IMG/VR virus record: IMGVR_UViG_3300022602_000102
Span: 1-59,984 of that record
Strand: one strand, 5' to 3'
Source: a virus
Lineage: Duplodnaviria; Caudoviricetes
DNA length: 59,984 nt
Under the pieces are notes generated by a model, which saw only the letters and a list, made by a program, of their open reading frames with translations, ran no database searches and was not told where the DNA came from. Made by a program: the position numbers and the translations under genes. Each line of letters begins with the position of its first letter. Position 1 is the first letter of the stretch. Positions 32,201-40,735 of this stretch are shown here, piece by piece.

Positions 32201-35200
32201 TAACTATTGAACTTATTACTAATGTCATCAACTACAGTCAATGCTGTTTTAAAAGTTATAGATGCTGCGCTAGGACTTAAACTAATAACACCTGCGCCGA
32301 CTGGGCTTAGTCCATCTAATTTTTCAAAATCGTCTGGATTAAAATCAGGACTAGCTGGAATGCTGGTTATTGCACTATAATATTCGCCTTCATAACGAAC
32401 TATTGTACCATAGGCAATAGGTTTATTAGGCAACCAGTCACTCCATTTATCTTGTCCTGTACTCCAGTTTTGTGTGCTCCAGAACATAAATTCTTTTGCA
32501 CTAGTTGTCCAGTTTGCTACTAATCCAAGATTACTGTTAAAATCATCAAAGATAAACCCTTGGTCTGTTAGATATTGCTCGTAGCCAAGTAAAAAGTCAA
32601 TAACTTCTTGTACTGTACCTAATTCTGTTCCGTACGGTATTGTTAAAACTTCAGTACGGTCAAAATTAGTTCTAAATTGAGCACTTACTCCGCCTACTAC
32701 AGGCAAAGAACTTAGTACTTGGAAATACATAGGTTCAAAACTATCGCTGGCAACATTGGCTACAACTGTATTATAGTATCGTCCATTATAAACAACAATA
32801 GTTCCTGGAACATATTGTTCGTCAGTAGTCCATTGTGTATAACTTTTACTAATGCCGCCAATATTAACTGTTGATCCAGATTCAATATAATTGTAATAAT
32901 TAAAATAAGGTTGTGTTCTGCTGTAACCTTGTATTTGGTATCCAGTTGATAACTTAGTAATACGAACACCACTATAAGTTAAACGTGTAACTGGACTGCT
33001 AGTGTTTAAAAATACTTGATAATCTTCTGGTGGAATAAAAATACTACCAGTACTCATTGGAGTTTTAGACTCCAATAACAAATTAAACTGGCTTTGATTT
33101 GTAAATGCACCCACACGATAACTTAATTGTGGAGTCATCGTAGCTAAATCATTCGCATAGCTATTGTATGATTCAATATTATTACTAAAAATATAATTTA
33201 AGATAAGATCAACAACATAGTTAATAATACCTGCTGTTTGTGTTCTAGTAGTATTACTATATAAATTTGGTAGCCTGATATCTGCGGGTCTTACACGCAA
33301 ACCTGTATCGGCGTAAACTAACTGTCCTGCTAAGTTACGAACAATTCTAGATCTATCAATTAATGTACCAAATGTTTTTGCAGGAGTTAATAACATACTA
33401 GTAATCAATACGCTAAATGGATAATGACTACTTCTTCTCCAAGCAGATTCGACAGGAGCTACATCTCCAAATACAAAATCAGATGCCGATTGGTCTGGTT
33501 TAATTAGACCACGTGCTAGACCCGAAGTTGTCGGATCTAATAAATTTCCTGATTCATCAACAGGAATGTGTTGTAATAAAAATGGTTTTGCAAATTTAGT
33601 AGAATAAATTACAGGTACACCCGGTTCTTTAATTGCTCCTAAACTGATATCTGTCCACATTGGAAGATTATCACTAGTATACGGAGCTGGTCCATACAAT
33701 TTAATCCACCAACTTGGCATTACGCTAAACCCTAACATTTCCCATGGAGTTAAATGAGGGCGATCAGTGTCTAGTAACCAACGATAAATTCCACGCCAGT
33801 ATCCTGGAACGTTTGTTCCATTAGGTGCCAGACTAGTAGAATAGTTATAGGTAAAAGGATTACTTAGATTATAACTTAAAGGTTTAGTAAAGTCGCTGCC
33901 AATTAACCCAGTCCATTTATAAAAGTTAGGAGACAATACTTGATTAAATTCTGCCAAACTGTATGGATTTGTTCTATTGTAACTAGGAATAATTTCAGAT
34001 ATATCAAAAATATCAGGATTATATTTTACTTTGATGTTGTTGTAAATTCTAGTTTCTAATTCTAAAATAATATCATCTCTGTAATCACCGTAGGCTAATA
34101 TAATACTGCCATCATGGCCTTGTATAACATTTTGCGGTGTTAATAATGTAGTATCTAAATAAATTTGAGGAATATACGCAGGCCAAATACCTAATTTAGT
34201 CGGAGTTTCTGGAACAAAACAACCGTCAGTATTATCATATTCATATGTAGTTAACACATCTCCGTTGTTAAGTTGCACATTTGAATCAATAATAAACATT
34301 GATTGGTCATTAAATGTATAATCTCTTCCATATACAAGCTGTGTTGTTACACCAGCTGTAGTTTGATATATGCAAACTGCTTTATTAGATAACTTGTTTA
34401 AATCAAAACTAGTTGTTAGAGGATAATATTTTATTCTGTAATCAACAACATCAATATTCGAGACGATTGCAGCACCGTGCGGTACCATATCGCTAAAATA
34501 ATATGGAGCAGTATTAGGTAAGGTTGAATTTAATTTTGATAAAATTAAATCTACCATTTTAACTGGAGTAGTATCGACTCCTAACGAACCAGCTATGGCT
34601 ACAAATTTACGTTTAAAATTACTATAATCATCTCTAGCTGTTTGAATTGCATCGATAACATTAGTAGACTCGCTAGTCATATGATATAAACTAAGACTTA
34701 ACGGTCCGCTGTGTTGTACAAATTTAGTACCATATTGTGTTATGTTGCCGAGGTCTCTTAAATTACTAGTTCCTGGAAATACTCCAATAAATGTAACACC
34801 ATTAACATCGTTAGATGTTTTATCATATCCAAGATTATCGATATCAGATGCATCGTTTCCTTGTTCAGGATTGTATACGTTATCAATAATACTATTAACA
34901 TGGTCAATGACTTCGCCTAATGTAAATGTTCCCATTACATCGTTCATTGGATTATTTTGAAGATTTACTGGAATTTCATAATAGCCATTTGAATTAATTG
35001 GCTCGGTTGAATAAACTTTAATTGTTACAATGTCAGTCAACGCCACAGGTTGTGCAAATACAACTTGATAGTAAGTAGGTGCAGAAACAAGTGACCAGTG
35101 ATCTATCGCAACTCTATTTGAATTAATATAAACTCTAACATCGTCTTGATCTAAATCAAATGCAGTATTTGGTGTATCAAAAATATCAATATTAAAATTA

Positions 35201-37233
35201 TTAGTTAAACCCGAATTATTATAAATTCTTATTGCAGCTTGTACATATCTAGCATTACATTGTTGCCATCCATTTTGATACAAAGTATTTCCTGCATAAT
35301 CTAAACTTAACAAGTATCCACGTTCGACATTTGTAGTAACTAGAGAAGTTGATTGTTTGTATTGAAATGTATCAGTTGCAAAATTAAAATCAAAAACAAT
35401 GTCGCCAATGTTTCCAACGTTTTGATAACTTAAATTAAATCCTAATACAGAGTCTGCTGAGCCGGTTGTTCCTACTTTATAAGAAAAAAGTTTAGTACCT
35501 AAAAATGTTGTACCAGCATATACGGTAGTATCTCCGTAACTAACGCCGTTATCATCAACTACATCAAATAATGGTGGCTGGTTAGTATCAGTTTTTTGCT
35601 GTCCTTTAACCCAGATAGTGCCGTTAAACCAATACATTAGGCTTTGGTTCGCTGTACCTGATTTTACAATTACACACTGATTTGCACTAGGTGTTTCCAC
35701 TTCTACTAAGTGAATTTGTTTACTTGTTGATACGCCTGTGCTGTCAGTTAAATGTTTTACATCAACAAATTCCACTTGATAGATTTTGTTTATTACCAAT
35801 GGATCTGTATCAGCAGTAACTAAAATTCTATGGCCGTCGATTAATGCAACACCGTCAATGCTATATCCAACTGTTCCTTCTATTTTTGAAAAGATATCAG
35901 TTGTATAATCGTCTATTAAATCAACATCTGCTATTGCTTTAGTACCAAAATTAAATAATTTTAAATCTGCTGAAAATTCAATAATAGGTCTATTAGCACG
36001 AGCTAATTGATCTAAACTTGGAATATCATTATTGTAAGCGGCCGCAACATTAATCACATCTTTATGGAACCATCTATTATAACGACTCCATGGATTGTGG
36101 TCTCTACTTGCACGGTTAATAGTAATATAATCTTTTTCGCTGGCATATCCAGTAGCATTACTAAAAGGTAATGATCCAAAAGGATCACTGGCAAACTCTA
36201 CTGTTTGATCAGTAGTATAAGGAGTTATAATTTCTAATACGTTTGTCGGTACTAATTTGATAGCACTACCTACGCCTTCAACATAGTACTCGCCGGTGGC
36301 ATACGTTGCAGGGGTAACATTTCCGCCAAACGATACTTTCATACCGTTACTGATTTGTGTGCCGTCAGTTAATTTGTATGTAACTTTACCTAAGAAATCT
36401 TTTTCAACATCAATATAAGTAGCATCGTTAACACCGGATACTTCTATACTACCGCCTAAATTAATATCTGTTTCACTTTGATAGTATAGCACACTAGGTG
36501 CATCTAATGGAACTGTAAAAGTAATAGACCCGTTAGTTACGCCATGCGCATTAATTCCGTCGGTGATATATCTATAAATTGTTCCAGTAGAACGTTCAGT
36601 CATAATGCTAAACGGGTTACCAGCACTGGTAATATTAAAAGTGTAAGTGTGACCTTTATAAAGTTTCAATCTTGGATTAGGGCTAAATCCATCCGGTGTG
36701 AACACGTATTGATTATTTGCACCTTCATTTTGCATTTGTACTGTATAAGTACTTGTAACTGTTAAAGGTTGGCCGTAGATAGTAATAGTATCAGGGCCGT
36801 ATGGAACCCAATAATAATTTTGAAAGTTTGTAAATTTATCCCAATCGATATGCGGATCCCAACTATAAAATTCTTGCGAATTTAATCGAGCATGGTTAGT
36901 AGTATTGCCGCCAAACACTCCAATCTGATTGATATAATCGATGTAATCTTTAAAGAAAGTCACATTGTTTAAACTGTCTTTAACAACGATTCCTGGTTCT
37001 AATTGATAATGTTGTCGTGTTGCATCTGCCGCAGTAACATAAATGTCTTTTCCGGTAGCTGCTTTGGCATTTTCTCTGCCAACAAACCCGTTAACTTTAG
37101 TTAATGTACCTGGTTGATATAATTGATCAAGCGTTGCCTGTAAAAATTTCTTATTGGTAGAAGTTTGATAAAAATCAGGCAATAAATTTGCCGTTAATCC
37201 TGTGTTTCCTAGTGGATTTTTGGTGTTAGCCAT
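20257..37233 (-). CDS. Giant (5658 aa) multidomain virion protein, probably baseplate wedge/adhesin
   Basis: Uninterrupted 17-kb ORF directly after the gp6-like gene; beta-propeller-like blades, CBM-like W..Y..G..V.Y.G..Y modules and GGSGY beta repeats. Confidence 0.75.
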   Translation of the reverse strand: MANTKNPLGNTGLTANLLPDFYQTSTNKKFLQATLDQLYQPGTLTKVNGFVGRENAKAATGKDIYVTAADATRQHYQLEPGIVVKDSLNNVTFFKDYIDYINQIGVFGGNTTNHARLNSQEFYSWDPHIDWDKFTNFQNYYWVPYGPDTITIYGQPLTVTSTYTVQMQNEGANNQYVFTPDGFSPNPRLKLYKGHTYTFNITSAGNPFSIMTERSTGTIYRYITDGINAHGVTNGSITFTVPLDAPSVLYYQSETDINLGGSIEVSGVNDATYIDVEKDFLGKVTYKLTDGTQISNGMKVSFGGNVTPATYATGEYYVEGVGSAIKLVPTNVLEIITPYTTDQTVEFASDPFGSLPFSNATGYASEKDYITINRASRDHNPWSRYNRWFHKDVINVAAAYNNDIPSLDQLARANRPIIEFSADLKLFNFGTKAIADVDLIDDYTTDIFSKIEGTVGYSIDGVALIDGHRILVTADTDPLVINKIYQVEFVDVKHLTDSTGVSTSKQIHLVEVETPSANQCVIVKSGTANQSLMYWFNGTIWVKGQQKTDTNQPPLFDVVDDNGVSYGDTTVYAGTTFLGTKLFSYKVGTTGSADSVLGFNLSYQNVGNIGDIVFDFNFATDTFQYKQSTSLVTTNVERGYLLSLDYAGNTLYQNGWQQCNARYVQAAIRIYNNSGLTNNFNIDIFDTPNTAFDLDQDDVRVYINSNRVAIDHWSLVSAPTYYQVVFAQPVALTDIVTIKVYSTEPINSNGYYEIPVNLQNNPMNDVMGTFTLGEVIDHVNSIIDNVYNPEQGNDASDIDNLGYDKTSNDVNGVTFIGVFPGTSNLRDLGNITQYGTKFVQHSGPLSLSLYHMTSESTNVIDAIQTARDDYSNFKRKFVAIAGSLGVDTTPVKMVDLILSKLNSTLPNTAPYYFSDMVPHGAAIVSNIDVVDYRIKYYPLTTSFDLNKLSNKAVCIYQTTAGVTTQLVYGRDYTFNDQSMFIIDSNVQLNNGDVLTTYEYDNTDGCFVPETPTKLGIWPAYIPQIYLDTTLLTPQNVIQGHDGSIILAYGDYRDDIILELETRIYNNIKVKYNPDIFDISEIIPSYNRTNPYSLAEFNQVLSPNFYKWTGLIGSDFTKPLSYNLSNPFTYNYSTSLAPNGTNVPGYWRGIYRWLLDTDRPHLTPWEMLGFSVMPSWWIKLYGPAPYTSDNLPMWTDISLGAIKEPGVPVIYSTKFAKPFLLQHIPVDESGNLLDPTTSGLARGLIKPDQSASDFVFGDVAPVESAWRRSSHYPFSVLITSMLLTPAKTFGTLIDRSRIVRNLAGQLVYADTGLRVRPADIRLPNLYSNTTRTQTAGIINYVVDLILNYIFSNNIESYNSYANDLATMTPQLSYRVGAFTNQSQFNLLLESKTPMSTGSIFIPPEDYQVFLNTSSPVTRLTYSGVRITKLSTGYQIQGYSRTQPYFNYYNYIESGSTVNIGGISKSYTQWTTDEQYVPGTIVVYNGRYYNTVVANVASDSFEPMYFQVLSSLPVVGGVSAQFRTNFDRTEVLTIPYGTELGTVQEVIDFLLGYEQYLTDQGFIFDDFNSNLGLVANWTTSAKEFMFWSTQNWSTGQDKWSDWLPNKPIAYGTIVRYEGEYYSAITSIPASPDFNPDDFEKLDGLSPVGAGVISLSPSAASITFKTALTVVDDISNKFNSYEIFKVDGTPITPNELDSYRNGNLVTYAPRTTSGIYCASFYLIQNEHVIILNNTDIFNDVIYNPPSGYRRERIKVSGYVTIDWYGGLDIPGFIFDAAKIQNWQPWKDYNMGDIIAYQGYYYSANEFLPGTSTFESSNWTQLPSKPSSQILPNWTTVATQFVDFYSTEVDNFNSEQQKIAQHLIGYQKRQYLDNIIQDDVSEFKFYQGMIREKGTQNVLNKLFNVLSSDQEESLVFYEEWALRVGQYGASNAFEDIEFVLDENKFKNNPQGILLVPRVDVSINPFVIQQTPNDIYLAPVGYSSTPFPTVTNYKPLLRSAGYVNPSDVHVTLSSLSNLTSQDITTFNNGDYIWVTFDTPQAGFWNVYRFTDINLKVESVTYDSTKNVLTIKANEIVNITAGSYIGISQVSVFAGFYQVSSVTLNSISINTTIKGFPEPFTQLSSITIFALISQRASDMDSIDSILTPKLNNGEIIWVDNTFPGDGNWASWQYNRVYSESSVINEFPSNNLAFGSILDVSKIGNLLAVADNSGDVTVYYKSGTTTSWAEHQLIASPVTWGSGNTLPSAVKFSSDGTWLAVGSKTAGEVSTRYAGTYDQTHTYSSGSIVSYTVDGVTNYYETLNAISPQYTSVTGTVTVTGTGAIFDVIVVPTTTTVVNGISVPTNGTYQVNVNYGGIGYKVGNIIKIVGTQLGGISPNDDILIQVNSLNSVSGISAISIVSGVPSSKENSVLLAATKANVSGVIVPGTGATFTVSTYIGGYSIVSQGITNGGTGYLTGDKIVISGSDLGGQDIINDLTFEVQATNGVIYGFVSQSQTGQSAWTKINYLSSAITSYGDIIESGNFQIGNTYQINSVGSAGLLTDFTLIGASNNNIGTTFVANGTGLVADGQFVVGKTYIIVNPGTTNFAFVGASGSTPNAVGTIFTATASSSGVTPGTGYAYQGSGTAILKILANQSIHVQQGVVSLYKKDNNNFYSLVDTIVSPVPVDYELFGSNLEFGSNTLYISAEGYNSSTGRVYSLNYGITNYVPANYNPVGSFTTADPYQLVLSSNVAVPVYGISVGMYVQGTGFTSGQYVTAITSVNTVTLNAAPDSTPTGALKFVEESWSFGNTFDPTPSITNTGFGNNLTVSADNSTLVVTTSAGAPPYNAFIYNLNSNTSEQLSSTETIRYSSSYGQSVAVSNNGTYIAVSDYTVGAVYVYQRVNGSYNQNPVFTITNQYPQPYSNFGSKIAFMNDYQTLIVYSEHGNTSITTTLDKNTTTFDKSSTDFVTQHPGSGRVDIYDMYANTWVFSESLSTTNSSTDGYGIGFAVCNNQIIVSAPYATDRTYTHSGLIYAYSKPQSALSWTVGRTGVSIANVKKIKKAFLYNKALGTLSTYLDVIDPNQGKIPGPADEEIKYKSFYDPSTYSYSANNAPVNTDTKSFWGPAQVGQLWWNLSTAKFVNAYLDDVSYRNNSWNTLAVGASVDIYEWVSTKLLPEAWDAQADTPAGLAQGISGTSLYGNNAYCTTQKYNNITKKFTNTYYFWVKNKNVTPAAPGRNMSALDVSLLISNPRGQAYTYLALLGADSFSLVNARSYLKSKDVVLAVEYWLTDKTDQNVHSQWSLISDDTNVDLPATIEQKWFDSLCGVDSAGRPVPDPKQPVKLRYGILNRPRQSMFVNRIEALKEFVERVNVTLLLNQISENYNLTQLESYDTTPTTVTGLYDQTQNTDADLAYVNINSFRQAQLTPVIVNGTITNVTITFAGSGYGNGTDDNTGIGPSVEIVGSGKNAKITTTITNGKITGVSVYNGGAGYDPDNTTLVVRSYCVLVSSDSQANGNWSIYSWTPSSTSTGAGTWSRILTQAYDVRNYWNYADWYATGYSQYTSADYLISTLVELNSIQPKIGELVKVSTVNSGGWLLLEKYANSTSVDWTQSYNVVGIQNGTIQLSTKLYNFETTNIGYDSDIYDNGFDVVASTELRIILNAIKQDIFIGDLKQNYLDLFIAAIKYAHSEQVFIDWAFKTSFVRATHNVGNLDQPVNYPVDNIANFEDYVSEVKPYRTKLREYISNYTNLDLGSTAISDFDLQPIYTNRVVPINTVVANGLIDADNTAIQTYPWKFWLDNVGFSITEIVLVNGGSGYVTPPEVVFTGSSGSGASATAFIANGVVNRIVLISGGSGYLSAPTITISGGVGIGGTPATATAIIGDSVVRSSLIGIKFDRTSGNYVITNLTQSQTFTGTGSKIQFALTWAPDSTVGTSSVTINGVPVLRELYSFAIVTSTSNGYTQYSGTITFTNAPASGSTIVVNYTIDQSVLSATDRIQYYYNPTTGQLGKELSQLMTGVDYGGVQVTGLGFNVSGGWGTTPYYTDKWDNFDTSFTDNNYFVTVASNTHSIILPNSAALGTEINIYKKSTSVDTHTITDVSELKYDYNINASAPVVTNVITVETTSTSTNYIATGSYYTTLKVSSTTGIIGSVDGNLGMTIIGNGFASNQTVVSVIDSHTLKISAAPDSNPASREYLNLTGTKVGSIPGSGAVFNIVATDTGYTAVIVNGGSNYVANINQATTNSIKILGTSFVDGVTPGNDVLVVITGVSSTGAITSVRTVFTSPPAIPLNFRFNYPGSNLLSLTSTTDIAINDVITSTINQTVNGRTIPAISYNTVVQTVNSSENTVKLGVLDITTSLNILTVTSNGTTVTMTFATKSTAPYITGDLISVTGFTPDKYNGLFVVTNYTTNSVTFASTLTASVTGYGSITKVIDTIVYQDIPDGSTISFTRVLEETIDVDVFSDGTIQLLKPLTIGSNLVITGNINPIRLDDSKFGTSNQTNGNAIMQTPFPVLSTTVTNAGQYVTIPTVTFSPSDLNAPLYTATGAAVMTAIGVNYDGSNNGVGYNVGDILVAQPADGVVPAVLNNSVISNTILTVGTVASGTVQVGMILTGSGIAQSHSGITTTGASCDTTTGTVTLTFTALSAGYVPFAIGQLITVSGIAPVAYNGTFTVIAATDTTVSYSKVVTLSNFAGTISSSSGSGTGEYLFVTSVSSGTIAVGQVISGSNIPSNTVSITSQVSGTAGGVGVYTINTPLSINGTIYMSSVATQITAGIITSNAITYITGNISGTGAGSTWTVNLKQTTALLSGHSSTTITGSGAVIFEVTRVASNQVVPVGPIDTMSIVSSTTFTGSLDESHLTLTGGTGQYATISIVYGLSSITITNPGGGYLNNPTVTISSGIQTATATATIQQFNSGLPETIISIPQSYTVNDGDEFILRKSTSDGSIAPPVQDYDTAISGGDLAYSTATGLLADDIVIDGDGLVTPTSSPAPEEVVPGQVVDTLAIKVFDQPYDVYASVKTDTYVASAGQSVFNITQSPTSSTGVIVKVDNEIAVSATDYNVNTSNNTIVFVTGLTAGQLVSIFSLGHNSKNTLDGDYFICDGVTTEFVTKAPWLTNITSLIYLNGNVVTPLLFKTDSTYTVSGLIGFRFAVAPSLNSTITYIITEGLQQNFAVTTTSDIIVQSGVTTYPISTPQGIGLPVELGMVVMLGNTVLTPPVADYFTIEKGVKTYIFDTKKYVPDNTTKFTDVGVYINGTKLSLTKDYTIDLTTITVTLLNKIYNANIGNQLIVTINTNADYTVNITNTKTGSANLNLAQAPDPTKKIQVFSSYNNSIIDIERTAVTISTTSTLTPGTVQYSYYQQLASGVIPLDRPVFDDQYVWLSKNKTLLIPGVDYIVQDDRQSVRLNVTPISSDTYSLMTYGVSSVVGNVSYMQFKDMLNRVSYKRLSLNKQTKLAQDLNWNDTEIVVDNGSIFDIPNVSTNRPGIIEIQGERIEFFAINGNTLSKLRRGTLGTGMRNLYRAGVYVQDIGSSSTVPYTDTVSVQNFIADGVTNTLTLTNVAVVGSKFTNYGSLYEVFVGGTSDMVRLKKSSYKIFDINQAPYSPAGDVTYPADFTISNVSSTTAELTLTNPMTQGTQVSVVQTTGVAWDGNKNNPVNILNDSGTIPDFIKAEPGVWYTGFKD

Positions 37234-40200
37234 TAGTTATCTGCTCCAAGCGGTGCGCTAATTACGTTTTGTGATGTGACTACTGAATTCAATGCGTTTC
37301 CAGTGACTGTTTTAAGATTGGTTGCTGTTAACCCAGATACAATTACTATGTTATCTGTTGTGGCACAACTGATGAATATCTGATTGCTAGGGCATTGTAT
37401 TTCAAACAAACTACCAAAATATAAGTTTGGTTGTGTTGGGACAATAACAAAACTGATTACATCAGGTGCTAGCTGTGTTAATACATAAGTTGACAACTCT
37501 GAGAAATAAAATGTATCGCCAAAGTTCCAATTATCTAAACTAAAGAATGTATTAATAGCTGCTAATATTCTTGCACTAACATCTGCACTAGATGTAGCAC
37601 TAGCAGGATTAATCACCACATTAAAATTAGCTTGTAAACTAGGATCTGCGGCAGCACCAAACAATAAATTATAACTTACTGGGTGATAGATAATTTCATC
37701 GCTGATAGATTTAATTAAATTTAAACTTGGACTCAACAACACATTTAATTCGTCCGAACTTGGAGGTAACGGTTCTTGACCATCAGGTGCTCCGGCTGTG
37801 ATCCATAATCTAAATGCTGTATCATAATCATTAGTTAATACATATAAATCCATAATGTTGCTTGCGCCTGGATCTATACGACTATCATAATCTGCACTAT
37901 GAATATACTGGAATTTTAAATTATCTCGGCCTTTATAAACAATATAATCTAATGTAGGAACAAATTTACCAGTTGATGCATTGTATTTTGTAACTAGGTT
38001 AGTGCCAGCAGTATAATAATAGCTTCCGTCTACTGGATTAGTTTGACTAAAAAATACAGGGCCTGTTAATTGATTATTAGAAACATATCGATAATCTTCT
38101 TGACCTTGGCTGATAGAATATAATTGTTGAACAACATAAGAACTATTAGGAACAATGTCGTTAAACAGTTGTGGATTATCTACTACTCCAGTATTATTAC
38201 TATCTGCAAAACTTAAAACAATTTTAGTTGGATCAATATAGCCATCTTGTCCCAGATATTCGCTGACAATTTGCCATGTCAAATCAGTTGTATATGGCAG
38301 TGCTCCGCCTGCTGTAGACGGATTAATGTTAATACTTAAAACTTTTAAAGTGTCCGTAACAGTTGAGCTTGAAACAGTATCATAAATTTTAACATTTGAA
38401 TCAAAGTAGAAAGTAACTTCCTGATTACTTTCAAACACATAACGCAATTGTCTTGAAGTTATAGTATAGTACTCATTGTTTGTAGTAAACAATAAGAACC
38501 AGCTAGCATCAAGTTGAAGCGGACTTGTACTACCTTGATTAGCGAGACTAAACGGGCTAGACTGATCTAAATTATTTTCAAAAATAACTACCCAGGTTTG
38601 TGTAGTCACATCGTAACGTAGACCAAAAGGAACATTAGCGAATATCAAATCAATCATTGTAGTAATAACTGACGAGCTAATAGTTGTAGTAAATTTAGGT
38701 ATAATTTGCGATAATGTCGAACCTGTTGGAATAATTTTATCCAACACAATAGGACCAAATCCAGTTGATAATACGCCAGTACCAGATGCTGTTCCATCGT
38801 TATTTACAGACACTACTTGTGCCCACAGATAAGTCGCAGCGCCTGCCGGCAATATGCCATTCATAGGCACACTAGTTAATGTGTTATTGTTAGTTGTATC
38901 AAAATAAAATCCGCTAGGTGGCAAGAATTTAATTATCGAGTTTAATGTAACATATTTTAAATCTGTATATGTATAACTGCCTACCGAATTTATTACGTTA
39001 CTAGAAATATCATAAATGTAACCACTCACAGTATTACTATCGGTAGTAACACTACTCCATGCAACATTTAAACTTGTTGTAAGTTGGTCAATAAATTGTG
39101 TATAATAAAAATCTCGTAAACTTGGAGTTTGAAGAATGTCGTACACTGTGTTGTAAATTACATTTTGAATGTCAGTTTGTGTAACGTATGTAAAATTAGT
39201 TGTTGTAGTAAATAAATCTTGATACAATACACCATCATCTGCAAATAAATTAGTACTACTATATTTGCCGGTTGGATCTGTTAAATCAAAATAACGACTG
39301 ATTCCGCTACTAGCTCTATTAAGAGCTTTAATTTTTGCAACACTAGTTGAAGCAGACAACGGACTAATATTATAGTCTTCACCGGTAACCATTCTATTTT
39401 GTGTATAGTAAGTCTGCGGAGCATTTGTTTTAATGCTAGCATTAGTTTCTGTTGCAGTTGCATTGGCTACTGTTGTTGCTAAACTTAGGCTTAGTGATAA
39501 TGTTTGAGCTTGGTTGTTTACATTTAAATATGGAATATTAATAATAATATTAACAACGTCTGCCGGGTTTATGGTATAAGACAACCCATTACTAACTCTG
39601 TAGTAAACTCTAAAATTGCCTAGGGGTAATTGTCCAAAGACACCATCGCTAAAATTCAAAGTGATGGCATCATTTACTCTGCTGATTACACTATAAATTG
39701 TTTTAATTTTACTACTTAAACTGTTGTATATAATATTATTACCAGTTAACGCAGGAACTTTTGTCCACAATGTATCTTCTAGTCCAGTACTCTGATTTAA
39801 ACTATACAACCATACATCTGAATTGTTAATGTTCTGAGTAGACACATCCAACGTTTGATTACTTGTTGGCTGACTAATTGTAAATGTACCTTGATTTAAT
39901 GTACCTTGTGTAAAATTAAAAAAGAAACCTGTTCCAGGACTTCCGGCGCCAAAGCCGTCATCTCTATACACACATGCAATACTGTTTCCTAATTTTGGTG
40001 CTTCTTCATATATAAAAGATTCATTTGCAAATGTTGTGCTGGTGATTTCAAACACCATGTTTCGTCCTGATATAGACTTAGTAAAACTATAAATTGGAAT
40101 GTCTGTATTAGTTGCGTTAAATCTATACTGCGCTGTCGGTATTCCGTAAATTGTAGCTTGGTCAACAGGATTACCAAATTGTTGTGTTTGTGGAAGCGCG

Positions 40201-40685
40201 GCATTAACTATGCTAATAAACTGATCATACCAATTAGCATTGCTAGGATCGTTCCAATTAATATATTGCCCTGCTAAATTTCTACCATTGCTATCAAGAA
40301 CATTTTCTGTAGTTTGTATACTATTAACTTTTAATAAGCCTGCTGCAGGTGTATTACGACTAGCATTATAGCTAATCATACGTGCTAAACGTAACACGCT
40401 GTCACGGCGCTCGGCTAACTCTAAGAAGTTTTCACGAGCATTTAAGTCAACACGGAAAGCTATGCTTTGGCCCACATAGGCAATAAGATCGATTAGGGCA
40501 AGGTATTCGCTAGACTCAATATAATCGTTAAAATCTTCAGGAAAATTAGTACGGATATAATCAATCATCGTACGGCGCAAGTTATCAAAATCGTAACTTG
40601 TAAAGTCGGCGTTCTTAAATGATTGGTAAATTTTCTGCCAGTCTTCACTGACTAGCAGGTTATTTTGACGATCCGTTGAGCTCAT
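37233..40685 (-). CDS. gp6: Baseplate wedge protein (T4 gp6-like)
   Basis: DFDNLR...DFNDY..S...LIDLIAY...ENFLELAERRDSV..LA..ISY; FSDGVFG.LP; QNRMVTGEDY. Confidence 0.8.
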   Translation of the reverse strand: MSSTDRQNNLLVSEDWQKIYQSFKNADFTSYDFDNLRRTMIDYIRTNFPEDFNDYIESSEYLALIDLIAYVGQSIAFRVDLNARENFLELAERRDSVLRLARMISYNASRNTPAAGLLKVNSIQTTENVLDSNGRNLAGQYINWNDPSNANWYDQFISIVNAALPQTQQFGNPVDQATIYGIPTAQYRFNATNTDIPIYSFTKSISGRNMVFEITSTTFANESFIYEEAPKLGNSIACVYRDDGFGAGSPGTGFFFNFTQGTLNQGTFTISQPTSNQTLDVSTQNINNSDVWLYSLNQSTGLEDTLWTKVPALTGNNIIYNSLSSKIKTIYSVISRVNDAITLNFSDGVFGQLPLGNFRVYYRVSNGLSYTINPADVVNIIINIPYLNVNNQAQTLSLSLSLATTVANATATETNASIKTNAPQTYYTQNRMVTGEDYNISPLSASTSVAKIKALNRASSGISRYFDLTDPTGKYSSTNLFADDGVLYQDLFTTTTNFTYVTQTDIQNVIYNTVYDILQTPSLRDFYYTQFIDQLTTSLNVAWSSVTTDSNTVSGYIYDISSNVINSVGSYTYTDLKYVTLNSIIKFLPPSGFYFDTTNNNTLTSVPMNGILPAGAATYLWAQVVSVNNDGTASGTGVLSTGFGPIVLDKIIPTGSTLSQIIPKFTTTISSSVITTMIDLIFANVPFGLRYDVTTQTWVVIFENNLDQSSPFSLANQGSTSPLQLDASWFLLFTTNNEYYTITSRQLRYVFESNQEVTFYFDSNVKIYDTVSSSTVTDTLKVLSININPSTAGGALPYTTDLTWQIVSEYLGQDGYIDPTKIVLSFADSNNTGVVDNPQLFNDIVPNSSYVVQQLYSISQGQEDYRYVSNNQLTGPVFFSQTNPVDGSYYYTAGTNLVTKYNASTGKFVPTLDYIVYKGRDNLKFQYIHSADYDSRIDPGASNIMDLYVLTNDYDTAFRLWITAGAPDGQEPLPPSSDELNVLLSPSLNLIKSISDEIIYHPVSYNLLFGAAADPSLQANFNVVINPASATSSADVSARILAAINTFFSLDNWNFGDTFYFSELSTYVLTQLAPDVISFVIVPTQPNLYFGSLFEIQCPSNQIFISCATTDNIVIVSGLTATNLKTVTGNALNSVVTSQNVISAPLGADN

Positions 40686-40703
40686 AATATGTCCTAATAA
40701 TGA

Positions 40704-40711
40704 TATTTATC
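40704..40711 (-). promoter_or_regulatory. Putative late promoter GATAAATA
   Basis: TATTTATC on + strand upstream of the gp6-like start. Confidence 0.6.
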
Positions 40712-40735
40712 GATTAAAATTATGTGCGTAGTTAA

